Origin: Gemmatimonadota bacterium
GTDB taxonomy: Bacteria > Gemmatimonadota > Gemmatimonadetes > JACCXV01 > JAHWKZ01
Assembly: GCA_039588915.1 (NCBI GenBank)
Contig: JBDGYV010000006.1
Coordinates: forward strand, 13,116 to 77,115
Direction: 5' to 3'
Length of the DNA stretch: 64,000 bases
Position numbers and translations under genes: made by a program. The notes under the pieces were generated by a model that worked only from the letters and a program-made list of their open reading frames with translations, ran no database searches and had not been told where the DNA came from. This document shows, one piece after another, positions 18,244 to 27,107 of this stretch; position 1 is the stretch's first letter, and every line of letters starts with the position of its first letter.

Positions 18244-18693
18244 ATGAGACTATCCAACGAACAGCGCGATAGCTTCATCGCCCAATGCCGGGCGGCTGGG
18301 CTATCGGTAACCCACCAGCGGTTGGCGATCTTTGAGGCGGTATTGGCGAACTGCAATCGCCACCCTTCGGCCGAGATCATTTACCAGACCGTCCGTGAGC
18401 GTTACCCCACGATCTCGTTCAATACGATCTACAAGAACCTCGAGATTTTCGAAGAGCTAGGAATCGTAGTAAAGGTCAACCCGCTTTACAACGAAGCGCG
18501 TTACGATGTCGACGTCCGACCCCACCATCATCTGATCTGCCGTCAGTGCAAGAAGATCGTTGACGTGCACGATGAGAAGCTGGGCCGCGTTCCACCACCG
18601 ATCGACGCCGAGAACGGCTTCAAGGTGGAGAATTGGACGGTCCAGTTCACTGGCCTGTGCGCCGACTGCCAGCCAGCGTCAGCAGTCGTTTGA
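18244..18693 (+). CDS. Fur-family transcriptional regulator (Fur/Zur/PerR-like)
   Basis: Winged-helix N-terminus, HHHLIC motif, and two CxxC pairs (CRQC, CADC) for structural zinc. Confidence 0.85.
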   Translation: MRLSNEQRDSFIAQCRAAGLSVTHQRLAIFEAVLANCNRHPSAEIIYQTVRERYPTISFNTIYKNLEIFEELGIVVKVNPLYNEARYDVDVRPHHHLICRQCKKIVDVHDEKLGRVPPPIDAENGFKVENWTVQFTGLCADCQPASAVV

Positions 18694-18711
18694 TCGGCGC
18701 TGACAACCAAC

Positions 18712-18752
18712 GTGGTTGCTAGCTGAGAAACCACGTCGGAACAAAACCCGGC
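18712..18752 (+). terminator. Imperfect hairpin (11-bp stem, 1 mismatch) just downstream of the fur-family gene; candidate terminator or operator
   Basis: ccaacgtggtt-N11-aaccacgtcgg. No U-tract follows, so it may be a regulatory site rather than an intrinsic terminator. Confidence 0.3.
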
Positions 18753-18817
18753 TGCACCCCGTCTAATCGGGGTAGGATTGTGTTTGCCAGCCTCGACCAT
18801 ACCGCTTGGAGGTTGAG

Positions 18818-19399
18818 ATGTCGTTGAAGCTCGCTCGGTTTGGAGTCCCACCCTTGGTCATTGCCGTTGGGACGGTCGCAGCGTTTGTCGGCAATCGCGA
18901 CGAGTCCGTGCGTGAAGCCACAGTGGCGCCGATGACTGCGCCAACCGCGGCTAACGACGAGCCGGTCGATGGTTTTGCCCTCGGTCCGGCTGACGCGGCA
19001 CCCGAGCTAGTCGTCCTCGATGACCTAGCAGCCGAGGAGGCGAAAACAACCCCACGCCGAGTCGCGGCACCCCAAGGTCAGACCGTTCCGGTCGAAACCG
19101 TCGCGTCCCCGACCGCAACGGTAGTTACTAGCGAGGCCTTGTCGATCGATGCCCCATCGCTGGCTTTGGAACAGCCCAACCCGCGGCGCTCCATTCGTGT
19201 CGATCCGCGGCGCGATACTGCGCGCGGTGGCATCTCGACCGTCGCCGACACCGGTGGACGGCGAGGCGGTTTTCGTGTCGGCATCTCGGTTGGCGGGGAC
19301 TGTCGCCCCAGCGGCGTAGCCGGGACGACGCTCGTCTTCGATCGCGGCGCCGGACTGAGCGGTGTCGGCCTCGGTGGACGGCGCGGCGTCCGGTTCTAG
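18818..19399 (+). CDS. Secreted/membrane-anchored hypothetical protein, paralog A (Ala/Pro/Thr-rich linker, Gly-rich C-terminus)
   Basis: GGAGG Shine-Dalgarno 5 nt upstream of the ATG at 18818. Hydrophobic N-terminus. Shares the motif AAPE[LV]VVL.D.A.E…R.V..P…TV with the downstream gene. Confidence 0.45.
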   Translation: MSLKLARFGVPPLVIAVGTVAAFVGNRDESVREATVAPMTAPTAANDEPVDGFALGPADAAPELVVLDDLAAEEAKTTPRRVAAPQGQTVPVETVASPTATVVTSEALSIDAPSLALEQPNPRRSIRVDPRRDTARGGISTVADTGGRRGGFRVGISVGGDCRPSGVAGTTLVFDRGAGLSGVGLGGRRGVRF

Positions 19400-19513
19400 C
19401 CAAACCCGTCGTCGCCAAACCGACTCGTTTTACAGTCGGGAACCCCACATGGCATCAGGCGTACAAGACCCGATGTCCGTAGCCAGCCGTAGTCCCCATC
19501 GGAGGTTGTACAG

Positions 19514-20212
19514 ATGACCCGTCCGCGTACGCTGATTCCGGCCGCGGTATTGATCGCCGGCGTCCTCGCGTGTCAAGGCGAGCCCGCGTCACGCGACACC
19601 ACCCCACGCGTGGTGTTCAAGTCCTCGCAGTCCACAGCCCTGGCGAACACGGATCAGGGCATGCCGATGGGCCCCAACGGTGCGGCGCCCGAAGTCGTAC
19701 TGCTCGGTGACCCAGCGCCGGAAACGCGCGCCGAGAAGCGTACCGTCAAGCAGCCCAAGCCAGGCCCGACGGTGATCTACCACACGGTGTACATCGAAGC
19801 ACCAGCTGAGGCTACAACCGAGCCTGAGGAATCGGGCCAGTCGATCCCCAAGATTGTCGACGAGCCGATCGCAGAGCCGGCAGCCACGCAGGTCGTCCCC
19901 GATCCGGAACCAGCCGACACGCCTGACGTCGCTGACAGCCCGAATACACCGGATCCGGTCGCGACCGCACCTCCGACGGTGACCCCGACCACGTTCCCAA
20001 GCGGCGGCGCGAACCGCGCCGAGGACGCCATCGTGGGCGCCGCTGTTGGCGCTTCGATCGGTGCAATTCTCGGTGGACGGGGTGGCGCAATGGCGGGTGG
20101 TATTGGTGGCGCGATCGGTGGAGCCACCAGTGGACGTGGCGGTGGGATTTTGGGGGGCATTCTCGCTGCCAGCTCGCGCGGGCGGTTGCCTCGCCGCGGC
20201 GGCGGTTGCTGA
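19514..20212 (+). CDS. Lipoprotein, paralog B, with a C-terminal glycine-zipper (SlyB/17-kDa antigen-like) segment
   Basis: Lipobox LIAGVLAC and the same GGAGGTTG…ATG ribosome-binding context as paralog A. C-terminal GAAVGASIGAILGG…GGIGGAIGG glycine zipper. Confidence 0.55.
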   Translation: MTRPRTLIPAAVLIAGVLACQGEPASRDTTPRVVFKSSQSTALANTDQGMPMGPNGAAPEVVLLGDPAPETRAEKRTVKQPKPGPTVIYHTVYIEAPAEATTEPEESGQSIPKIVDEPIAEPAATQVVPDPEPADTPDVADSPNTPDPVATAPPTVTPTTFPSGGANRAEDAIVGAAVGASIGAILGGRGGAMAGGIGGAIGGATSGRGGGILGGILAASSRGRLPRRGGGC

Positions 20213-20245
20213 TCAACCGATCCGAATCGCTTTTCCGTTAGCAGG

Positions 20246-21526
20246 CTAGACCGGGAACCCGCCCTCGCGCAGGAACGCCACCGTGCGTTCGGTGGCACCC
20301 GCCATTTGCTCCAGTGCAGCCTTGGCCGCTTTGCCAGCGGTATCGTCCGGCAGCCACGCCCGCCAACAGGCGGCTAGCTCCGCCGGTGAATCGACGACCG
20401 CCAATCCCCCCGACCGCTCCAGAACATCGACCTCATAGGGCTGGCCGTGGTTGGCCCCGATCGTCACCGGGACCCCGTGCGCAGCAGGCTCCATCACATT
20501 GTGGACCGCGCCTCCAAAGCTCCCGCCGACGTAGGCCAGATCGGCAATCGCATACAACCGATACAGCACCCCTACCCGATCGACGATCACCACCGCGCAC
20601 TCCGCGAGCCCCTCCCAGGTACCAAACCGGCAGGTCTCGAGTCCGAACCCCCGGGCCCGAGACTCAAGCCGCGCAATCGCCTTATCGGTCGGTTCGTGCG
20701 GCGCTACGATCGCGATCGTGCTGGGATGCGTCGTTCTGAGCCGAGCAAGCGCCGCCAACAAGACTCGCTCGTCGGCCGGCCACGTGCTACCACCCACGAT
20801 AACTGGGCCGGCACCCTCCGGCGGCTGCCACTCTGCCCTGTCAGATACCGCTTCGCGCGCTCTCTCCAGCGTCACGTCGGCGCGAGTGTCCCCGGCGACA
20901 CGCACCTTCCTCGCGTCAACGCCGAGATCCACTAATCGCTCAGCGTCCGCGGCCGCGATCGTCGCGACCGCGTCAAAACGGTGATACAGATCCCGGGTCA
21001 GTCCCCGCACTGGCCATTTGACTCGCGCTGAACCCACCAGACGACAACACGCTTGTCCCAACATGACACCCGCATCCGACGCCGCCCAGACCAGGTTCGG
21101 CCACGTCTCACCACCCACCAGCACGAGCGCGTCCGGCGTCAGGAGCTCAACTAGCTGACGTGTCTGTGCCGGGTAGTCGAGCGGCAGATAGTCGATGGCG
21201 TCGGGCACGTCCCAGGAGTGGACGAGCCGCTCAGCGGAGGGTGAGAAGTGCGTAAAAAAGATCACCGCGTCCGGCTGGGCGCGGCGGATCGCCGTTGCTA
21301 GCGGTCGCGCTTGGAGCGTTTCTCCGGCGCTGGCCGCGTGCAGCCAGATGACCGGGGACCGCCCGGCGGTCGCTTCAGCCGCCCGCTGCCAACGCTCCAG
21401 CACGCCCTGGCGCGCGGCGATCCCGCGGTCGACCTTTGGGACGGCTCGCGTCACAAGCGGCGTTGCTACGCGGGTCACCGGAACGATGAGCCGGTTGTAG
21501 ATCTGTCGCTGCCACAGTGGTTTCAC
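20246..21526 (-). CDS. waaA: 3-deoxy-D-manno-octulosonic acid (Kdo) transferase
   Basis: N-terminal WLHAASAGE motif and overall Glycos_transf_N plus GT-B architecture of KdtA/WaaA. Confidence 0.85.
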   Translation of the reverse strand: MKPLWQRQIYNRLIVPVTRVATPLVTRAVPKVDRGIAARQGVLERWQRAAEATAGRSPVIWLHAASAGETLQARPLATAIRRAQPDAVIFFTHFSPSAERLVHSWDVPDAIDYLPLDYPAQTRQLVELLTPDALVLVGGETWPNLVWAASDAGVMLGQACCRLVGSARVKWPVRGLTRDLYHRFDAVATIAAADAERLVDLGVDARKVRVAGDTRADVTLERAREAVSDRAEWQPPEGAGPVIVGGSTWPADERVLLAALARLRTTHPSTIAIVAPHEPTDKAIARLESRARGFGLETCRFGTWEGLAECAVVIVDRVGVLYRLYAIADLAYVGGSFGGAVHNVMEPAAHGVPVTIGANHGQPYEVDVLERSGGLAVVDSPAELAACWRAWLPDDTAGKAAKAALEQMAGATERTVAFLREGGFPV

Positions 21527-21656
21527 GGGAGATTGCGAGAATATAGACGTTGACGATCCGGATCCGGCGCCGAGTCACACGTAAACGCTATTGGCTCGCA
21601 CTCGAAAGCGCTTTATCGGGCGAACTTCGGGGGTTCGGGGCGCGAGGTCGGAGCGG

Positions 21657-21935
21657 TTAGATGGCGTCGACGCGAGTGATGCCGCGCACAGTCTCTCTGA
21701 GCCGCTGTTCTATGCCTTGCTTGAGCGTCATCGTGCTCATGGGGCACCCGCCGCAGGCTCCCATCATCCGCAGGGTCACCACTCCATCCTCGATGTCGAG
21801 CAGTTCTACGTTGCCGCCGTCCATGGCTATCGCCGGCCGGATCGTGTCCAGTGCCGCTTCGACCTTGGCCCACAGCGCCTGGCTCTCATCCACATCGGCT
21901 TGCTCGGTCGGGCTGTCGATCTTCGTATCGGTCAT
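21657..21935 (-). CDS. NifU-like Fe-S cluster assembly protein (Nfu C-terminal domain)
   Basis: 92 aa with the GACGGCPMSTMTLK CxxC motif of the NifU C-terminal domain. Confidence 0.8.
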   Translation of the reverse strand: MTDTKIDSPTEQADVDESQALWAKVEAALDTIRPAIAMDGGNVELLDIEDGVVTLRMMGACGGCPMSTMTLKQGIEQRLRETVRGITRVDAI

Positions 21936-22079
21936 CGTCGCGTCATCCTATGTTGAGCGTTTAGAGACATCAAATTTACGGGTTCCTACACCCGATCGGC
22001 AACCACGTGCCCCGCGGCGATCACGGGTCTCGACGGGACCGTACCCGCCAGCCCGGGGTATGCGTGGGCTCGAGCCTCG

Positions 22080-23648
22080 ATGACTGAGACCAAACGCATA
22101 CTCTGGGTCGACGACGAAGTCGCCGGCCTCAAGTCACACATTCTGTTTCTCGAGAATCGTGGGTTCGAGGTGACCACCGCACCCAACGGCGAAGACGCCC
22201 TCGCTCTCATCTCCGAAAACGGCTATGACTGCGTGCTGCTCGATGAACAGATGCCAGGCATGCGCGGGATGACCGTGTTTCGGCGCATCCGAGACAGCCA
22301 CCCACGCTTACCGGTGGTGATGGTGACCAAGAGCGAAGAAGAGGGTCTCATGGATCAGGCGATCGGCAGTCGAGTCGACGACTACCTCGTCAAGCCGATC
22401 AACCCGAATCAAGTCCTGTCGGTCCTCAAGCGCCTCCTCGAAGGGTCGCGAATCCGTCATCAAACAATCGCCCAAGCGTTTAGCCAGCGTTACATCGAAC
22501 TCGACGAGCTTCGGAAGACACGATCAACGTGGGACGACTGGGTTCAGCTGTATCGTGAGCTCCTCGGATGGGAGCTTCGATTGATCGATGCCGGCGAGCA
22601 GGGATTGTTGGAGAGCCAGGGCGAGCTGAGCAAAGCCGCCAATAGCGACTTCAGCAGCTTCGTCCAGACCCATTACCGAGAGTGGATCGCGTCAAAGCCG
22701 GGCTCGCGGCCGTTGCTCTCGCCGGACCTGGTGACGGCTCACGTTGTCCCGCTTCTCAGAGCCGATCCAGGGCCGGTCTTCCTCGTGTTGATCGACTGTC
22801 TGCGACTCGATCAATGGTTGGCGATTCGAGACACGCTGGAGGCTCACTTCACGATCGACGAGGCGCACGCGGGGTCGATACTGCCGTCGGCCACACCCTA
22901 CTCCCGCAACGCCATCTTCAGCGGTTGGCTACCCCGGCAGATAGCCGAGAAACGACCTGATCTGTGGCTCGGCGACGCGGACGTGGAAGGCTCGCTCAAC
23001 CCACACGAGCGCGAACTGTTAGAGCTCCAATTAGCGCGCAAGGATGCGGGCGATATCGGATCGGTCCAGTACACCAAGGTGTTCACGGCGACCGAGGGCG
23101 CGACAGCGCTCAAGAAACTGCCGCAATGCTTCCAGAGCCGCTTGTCGGCGTTCGTCTTTAACTTTATCGACGTGCTCACGCACGGCCGGTCGGAATCCGA
23201 GATCCTGCTCGAGATCGCGCCTGACCAACAGGCGTTTCGATCATTGACCCGCTCGTGGTTTCTGCACTCGGCGCTCTACGACTTGCTCATGCAGTCCGCC
23301 CGTCACGGTGTGCGCGTCGTGCTCACCACCGACCACGGTTCGGTTCACTGCATGCGTCCGGCTACCGTCTACGCACAACGCGACGCTTCGCAGAACCTGC
23401 GGTACAAGTTCGGCAACAACATTCGCTCGGAGGAGCCGGAGGCTGCGTTTCGGATCGCCGATCCGGGTCGCATCGGCCTACCTAACATGGGCTTCAACGT
23501 CGCCGCCCTGATGGCGGTCGAGGATTACTACTTCGTCTACCCGACCAAGCTCCGCGAGTACCAAAACCGCTACTATGGCGCCTTTCTTCACGGCGGAATC
23601 TCGCTCGAGGAGCTGATCCTGCCGGTGGCCACGCTGACGCCGCGCTAG
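22080..23648 (+). CDS. Response regulator with CheY-like receiver fused to a PglZ (alkaline-phosphatase-like) domain; PorX-like
   Basis: Receiver N-terminus (ILWVDDE…DCVLLDEQMPGMRG…VVMVTKS…YLVKP) followed by about 390 aa of PglZ-type domain. The length (522 aa) and architecture match the T9SS regulator PorX. Confidence 0.8.
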   Translation: MTETKRILWVDDEVAGLKSHILFLENRGFEVTTAPNGEDALALISENGYDCVLLDEQMPGMRGMTVFRRIRDSHPRLPVVMVTKSEEEGLMDQAIGSRVDDYLVKPINPNQVLSVLKRLLEGSRIRHQTIAQAFSQRYIELDELRKTRSTWDDWVQLYRELLGWELRLIDAGEQGLLESQGELSKAANSDFSSFVQTHYREWIASKPGSRPLLSPDLVTAHVVPLLRADPGPVFLVLIDCLRLDQWLAIRDTLEAHFTIDEAHAGSILPSATPYSRNAIFSGWLPRQIAEKRPDLWLGDADVEGSLNPHERELLELQLARKDAGDIGSVQYTKVFTATEGATALKKLPQCFQSRLSAFVFNFIDVLTHGRSESEILLEIAPDQQAFRSLTRSWFLHSALYDLLMQSARHGVRVVLTTDHGSVHCMRPATVYAQRDASQNLRYKFGNNIRSEEPEAAFRIADPGRIGLPNMGFNVAALMAVEDYYFVYPTKLREYQNRYYGAFLHGGISLEELILPVATLTPR

Positions 23649-23666
23649 ACCGCTATTTTCCAGCCT

Positions 23667-25496
23667 ATGAAGACGTACCTCCGCATGCTGGGCTATCTGA
23701 GACCTCACGTTGGGCTGTTGGGACTGTCGTTTCTGCTGATGGTGCTGTTCGCACTGGTCGACGGCTTCTCGATCGTGGTGCTGATCCCGTTCCTGCAGGT
23801 GCTTTTCGGCGGCCCGTCAGCGACCACGGTTCCAGTCGCACCGGATCACTTCATGGGGCAGATCGAACACTTCTTCAAGTATGAGCTGTTCACGTTTCTG
23901 CAGGAGCCCACAGCCCTGGGTACGCTGACCAACGTTTGCCTGGTTATCCTTGCGGTCTACTTCGTCAAAGCGGTTCTCGGTTACTTCCAGCACTTTCTGC
24001 CGCAGGTAGTCCTCGAGCGTGCGCTGCGCGATCTGCGAAACCAGTTCTTCGCGCACATCCAGCGACTGTCGTTCCTCTACTTCCAGCGAACTCGATCAGG
24101 CCAGCTGATGTCGATCCTAACCCATGACATACAGCTCCTGAAGAACGCTATATCGACTGGTGTGTTTCGCGTCATCCGACACACTCTCGAGATAGCAATA
24201 ACCCTTCTCATCCTGGTGGCGATCTCTTGGCGGTTGACGCTTCTCGCAGTTTTGATCCTGCCTCCGATCGCGTGGATCGCAGTGCTCCTCGCGCGCAAGC
24301 TGCGTCGCGTCAACCGGCAAATGCTGCGCAAGCTGGGCGACATCACCAGCGCGCTCCAAGAGAACGTGGCTGGTATTCGAATCGTGCGCGCGTTCAGCGC
24401 CGAACACTTCGAACAACAGCGATTCAGCCGTGACAACGAAGCATACCAACGAAACATGGTAAGATCGAGAAAGTACGCGCTTTTGGGATCCCCGGTTTCC
24501 GAGTTTCTGCTCGCTGGTGCTGTCGTCCTGATCCTGTACTTCGGCGGGCGTATGATTTTGCTCGATGGCACGCTCGCGCCAGAGACGTTCTTCGTGTTCC
24601 TGGTTGCGTCGCTCAAGCTCTCGAGTCCGCTCAAGTACCTGTCCAAGCTCAATGAAGACGTACAGCCCGCATTAGCCGGCTGCGAGCGGATCTTCGCGGT
24701 GCTCGACACTGAGCCTGAGGTCGTAGAAGCCAAGCGCCCGATACCGATTTCGGGGTTCGAACAGCAGATCTGGTATGACAACGTCTGCTTCTCGTACGAA
24801 GAGGGCGACGGCCCCGTCCTTCACGATGTTTCGTTCACGATCCAAAGGGGTGAGGTCGTTGCCCTGGTGGGCCCCTCGGGTAGCGGTAAGTCAACGCTGG
24901 TGGATCTGCTACCGCGATTCTACGATCCGACATCGGGACGGATTGAATTCGACGGTCACGACTTGCGAGAGGTCAGCCTCAAGGACCTGCGGGGTCAGAT
25001 GGGGATCGTGACCCAAGACGTCATACTGTTTCACGATACCGTGGCCAACAACATCGCATACGGCGAAAAACCAGACCGAAAGCGATTGAGAGAATCTGCT
25101 AGGGCGGCGAATGCGATCGACTTCATCGAAGCGCTCCCTCGGGGCTTTGAAACCGTAATCGGCGAGCGAGGCGTTCGATTCTCTGGCGGCCAGCGGCAGC
25201 GGATCGCGATCGCGAGAGCGATCTACAAGAATCCGCCGATTCTCATCTTTGACGAGGCCACGTCGGCGCTCGATTCGGAGAGCGAGATGCTCGTCCAGCA
25301 GGCAGTGGCAAGGCTGATGGAGAACCGCACCGCGATCGTGATCGCGCACCGGCTGTCGACGGTGCTGCACGCCGACCAGATCATTGTCGTCGAGAGCGGT
25401 CGAGTGGTGGAGACGGGCTCGCACGCCGACCTCCTCGCCCGCGCCGGCCGCTACAGCCGGCTGTACGAGCTTCAGTTCGCCGAGCTACCGGCTTGA
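23667..25496 (+). CDS. ABC exporter with fused TMD-NBD, MsbA/lipid A exporter-like
   Basis: Six-TM N-terminal domain; Walker A GPSGSGKST, signature LSGGQRQR, Walker B ILIFDEATSALD. Confidence 0.85.
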   Translation: MKTYLRMLGYLRPHVGLLGLSFLLMVLFALVDGFSIVVLIPFLQVLFGGPSATTVPVAPDHFMGQIEHFFKYELFTFLQEPTALGTLTNVCLVILAVYFVKAVLGYFQHFLPQVVLERALRDLRNQFFAHIQRLSFLYFQRTRSGQLMSILTHDIQLLKNAISTGVFRVIRHTLEIAITLLILVAISWRLTLLAVLILPPIAWIAVLLARKLRRVNRQMLRKLGDITSALQENVAGIRIVRAFSAEHFEQQRFSRDNEAYQRNMVRSRKYALLGSPVSEFLLAGAVVLILYFGGRMILLDGTLAPETFFVFLVASLKLSSPLKYLSKLNEDVQPALAGCERIFAVLDTEPEVVEAKRPIPISGFEQQIWYDNVCFSYEEGDGPVLHDVSFTIQRGEVVALVGPSGSGKSTLVDLLPRFYDPTSGRIEFDGHDLREVSLKDLRGQMGIVTQDVILFHDTVANNIAYGEKPDRKRLRESARAANAIDFIEALPRGFETVIGERGVRFSGGQRQRIAIARAIYKNPPILIFDEATSALDSESEMLVQQAVARLMENRTAIVIAHRLSTVLHADQIIVVESGRVVETGSHADLLARAGRYSRLYELQFAELPA

Positions 25497-26200
25497 CGCC
25501 GGGAATGGTCGATCCCCCCAACACGCGCGCCAGCAAACCAAAGAGCGATAGCTACGCCTACAAGAAGCAGTTCTATCGCGACCCCGATGTCGCCGCCCAT
25601 TACGAGGCCGAACGATTTGCGGGGCGCAATAAGGAACGGCGCAACCGACGCAAGTGGGTCACGATCCAACGCGCGTTGGCTGAAACCGACGGTGTACAAT
25701 CGATCCTCGACATGCCGTGCGGGACGGGTCGATTCACCAGTCATCTGACCGGCGAAGGATACAGCGTCGTGGGGAGCGACATCGCGTTCGAGATGATGCA
25801 TATGGCACAAGACAGTCTGGGCGCAGTGCCAGGGTTGCAAGGATACGTGCAGGCGGAAGCTGAGAACCTGCCATTTCGCGACCGTGCGTTCGACTGCGTC
25901 GTCTCGATCCGGTTCCTGTTCCACGTCGATCCGTCCACTCGCATCGCCATGCTGCGTGAGATGGTGCGGGTCGCCCGCTGGTTAGTGGTCGACTATCGGC
26001 ACAAGTACAGCTACCACTACGCGCGCTGGAGGGTCCGGCGTGCCCTGGGGTTGACCGACCGACAGTTTGCCCGGGTCTCACGGCGCCAGCTCGAGGAAGA
26101 GTTGCGTCAGGCGGGCGTTGTTCTAAGGCGGATTCACCCCGTCGCGCGGATCTTCTCCGACAAGTGGATCATCCTCGCCGAGGCTCGCCATTCCGACTAA
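25493..26200 (+). CDS. Class I SAM-dependent methyltransferase
   Basis: Motif I LDMPCGTGRF and a Methyltransf_11-like core (ENLPFRDRAFDCVV). The start overlaps the msbA-like stop. Confidence 0.75.
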   Translation: MTPGMVDPPNTRASKPKSDSYAYKKQFYRDPDVAAHYEAERFAGRNKERRNRRKWVTIQRALAETDGVQSILDMPCGTGRFTSHLTGEGYSVVGSDIAFEMMHMAQDSLGAVPGLQGYVQAEAENLPFRDRAFDCVVSIRFLFHVDPSTRIAMLREMVRVARWLVVDYRHKYSYHYARWRVRRALGLTDRQFARVSRRQLEEELRQAGVVLRRIHPVARIFSDKWIILAEARHSD

Positions 26201-26252
26201 TCCCGACCGCGACGCTGCGTTCAATCTCACGGCGCTGGGTGAGTTCCAAATC

Positions 26253-26855
26253 GTGGGCACTTTCGGTGAGGGTGGTCGAAGCATCGTCTACGAGGGCGAT
26301 TGGCACGGCGAGCGAGTCGCGATCAAGGTGTATAAACCGTACGGGATGGAGAAACACCGCCGGAAGCACCCAGAGCCGCTGGCCGAGTTCGAGTATCGGC
26401 GCAACCGGGCATTCTTCGAAGCCCCCGGGTTATCGCGCTACGTCGCGCGGCCGATCGGATTCTTTCACACCCCGGGAGTTTCGGCACTGATCCAAGAGCC
26501 ACTGGACGGTGAGTTGTACTACTTCTACTACCAGGAACGGAAGGGGGCGCTACCGCTCGGGTTGTTCGGCCACATCGAGCAGATTGTGGAGTACGCCCAC
26601 GCGGCGGGGCTGTTCGACATCGACCTTCACGCGATGAACGTCATGATCGTCGAGGAGAACGGTCAACCGATCCCTAAGCTGTTTGACTTCAACCTCGTTC
26701 CATGGCACGAACGGATCCGCACGCCATTGGTAACGCTCTTGCTCAAGTCGGGGATCAGGAACTCGAAACGTCGCGATCTGCGAATGCTGCGCGACTTCCA
26801 CGACTTCTCACGCAAGGTCCCGCGGTTGTTGCGCTACTTCCCCTCGACCAGCTGA
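26253..26855 (+). CDS. Small protein-kinase-like enzyme, LPS kinase (Kdo/WaaP) family
   Basis: Gly-rich loop (GTFGEGGRSIVYEG), a VAIK lysine, and a catalytic-loop DLHAMNVMI plus DFN. Only a GTG start is available; the N-terminus is unusually short. Confidence 0.55.
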   Translation: MGTFGEGGRSIVYEGDWHGERVAIKVYKPYGMEKHRRKHPEPLAEFEYRRNRAFFEAPGLSRYVARPIGFFHTPGVSALIQEPLDGELYYFYYQERKGALPLGLFGHIEQIVEYAHAAGLFDIDLHAMNVMIVEENGQPIPKLFDFNLVPWHERIRTPLVTLLLKSGIRNSKRRDLRMLRDFHDFSRKVPRLLRYFPSTS

Positions 26856-26874
26856 ATAGATGGGCGACAGCGAT

Positions 26875-27081
26875 TCATCCGCTGTCGCGCATATCCAAAT
26901 CGTCGCTGACGAACCCCGCGGCGTTGTGCGAACCATCACAAAAAGGCTTCGTGTTAGACTGCCCACAGCGACACAGCCAAACCTCGTCTTCCGTGACCTT
27001 CTTGGAGCCGTCGCTCAGCGTGATCTTGAAGTCCCCGCGAACCCAATAGGGTCCATTCTCCGTTGGAGTGATCTCGGCCAT
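26875..27081 (-). CDS. CDGSH-type iron-sulfur domain protein
   Basis: The CRCGQSNTKPFCDGSH motif is diagnostic. Confidence 0.85.
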   Translation of the reverse strand: MAEITPTENGPYWVRGDFKITLSDGSKKVTEDEVWLCRCGQSNTKPFCDGSHNAAGFVSDDLDMRDSG

Positions 27082-27107
27082 CGTTTACCTCCCGTGCGAG
27101 TTGCGTC

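Noticed and set aside
20030-20200. Repetitive GGT/GGC-rich stretch that could be mistaken for a tandem or CRISPR-like repeat
   Set aside because: It is coding low-complexity sequence (the Gly-zipper of the lipoprotein), with no regular repeat-spacer structure.
22080-23648. PglZ domain as evidence of a BREX phage-defence system
   Set aside because: PglZ is fused to a CheY receiver (the PorX architecture). No BrxA/B/C, PglX methyltransferase or BrxL genes are present nearby.
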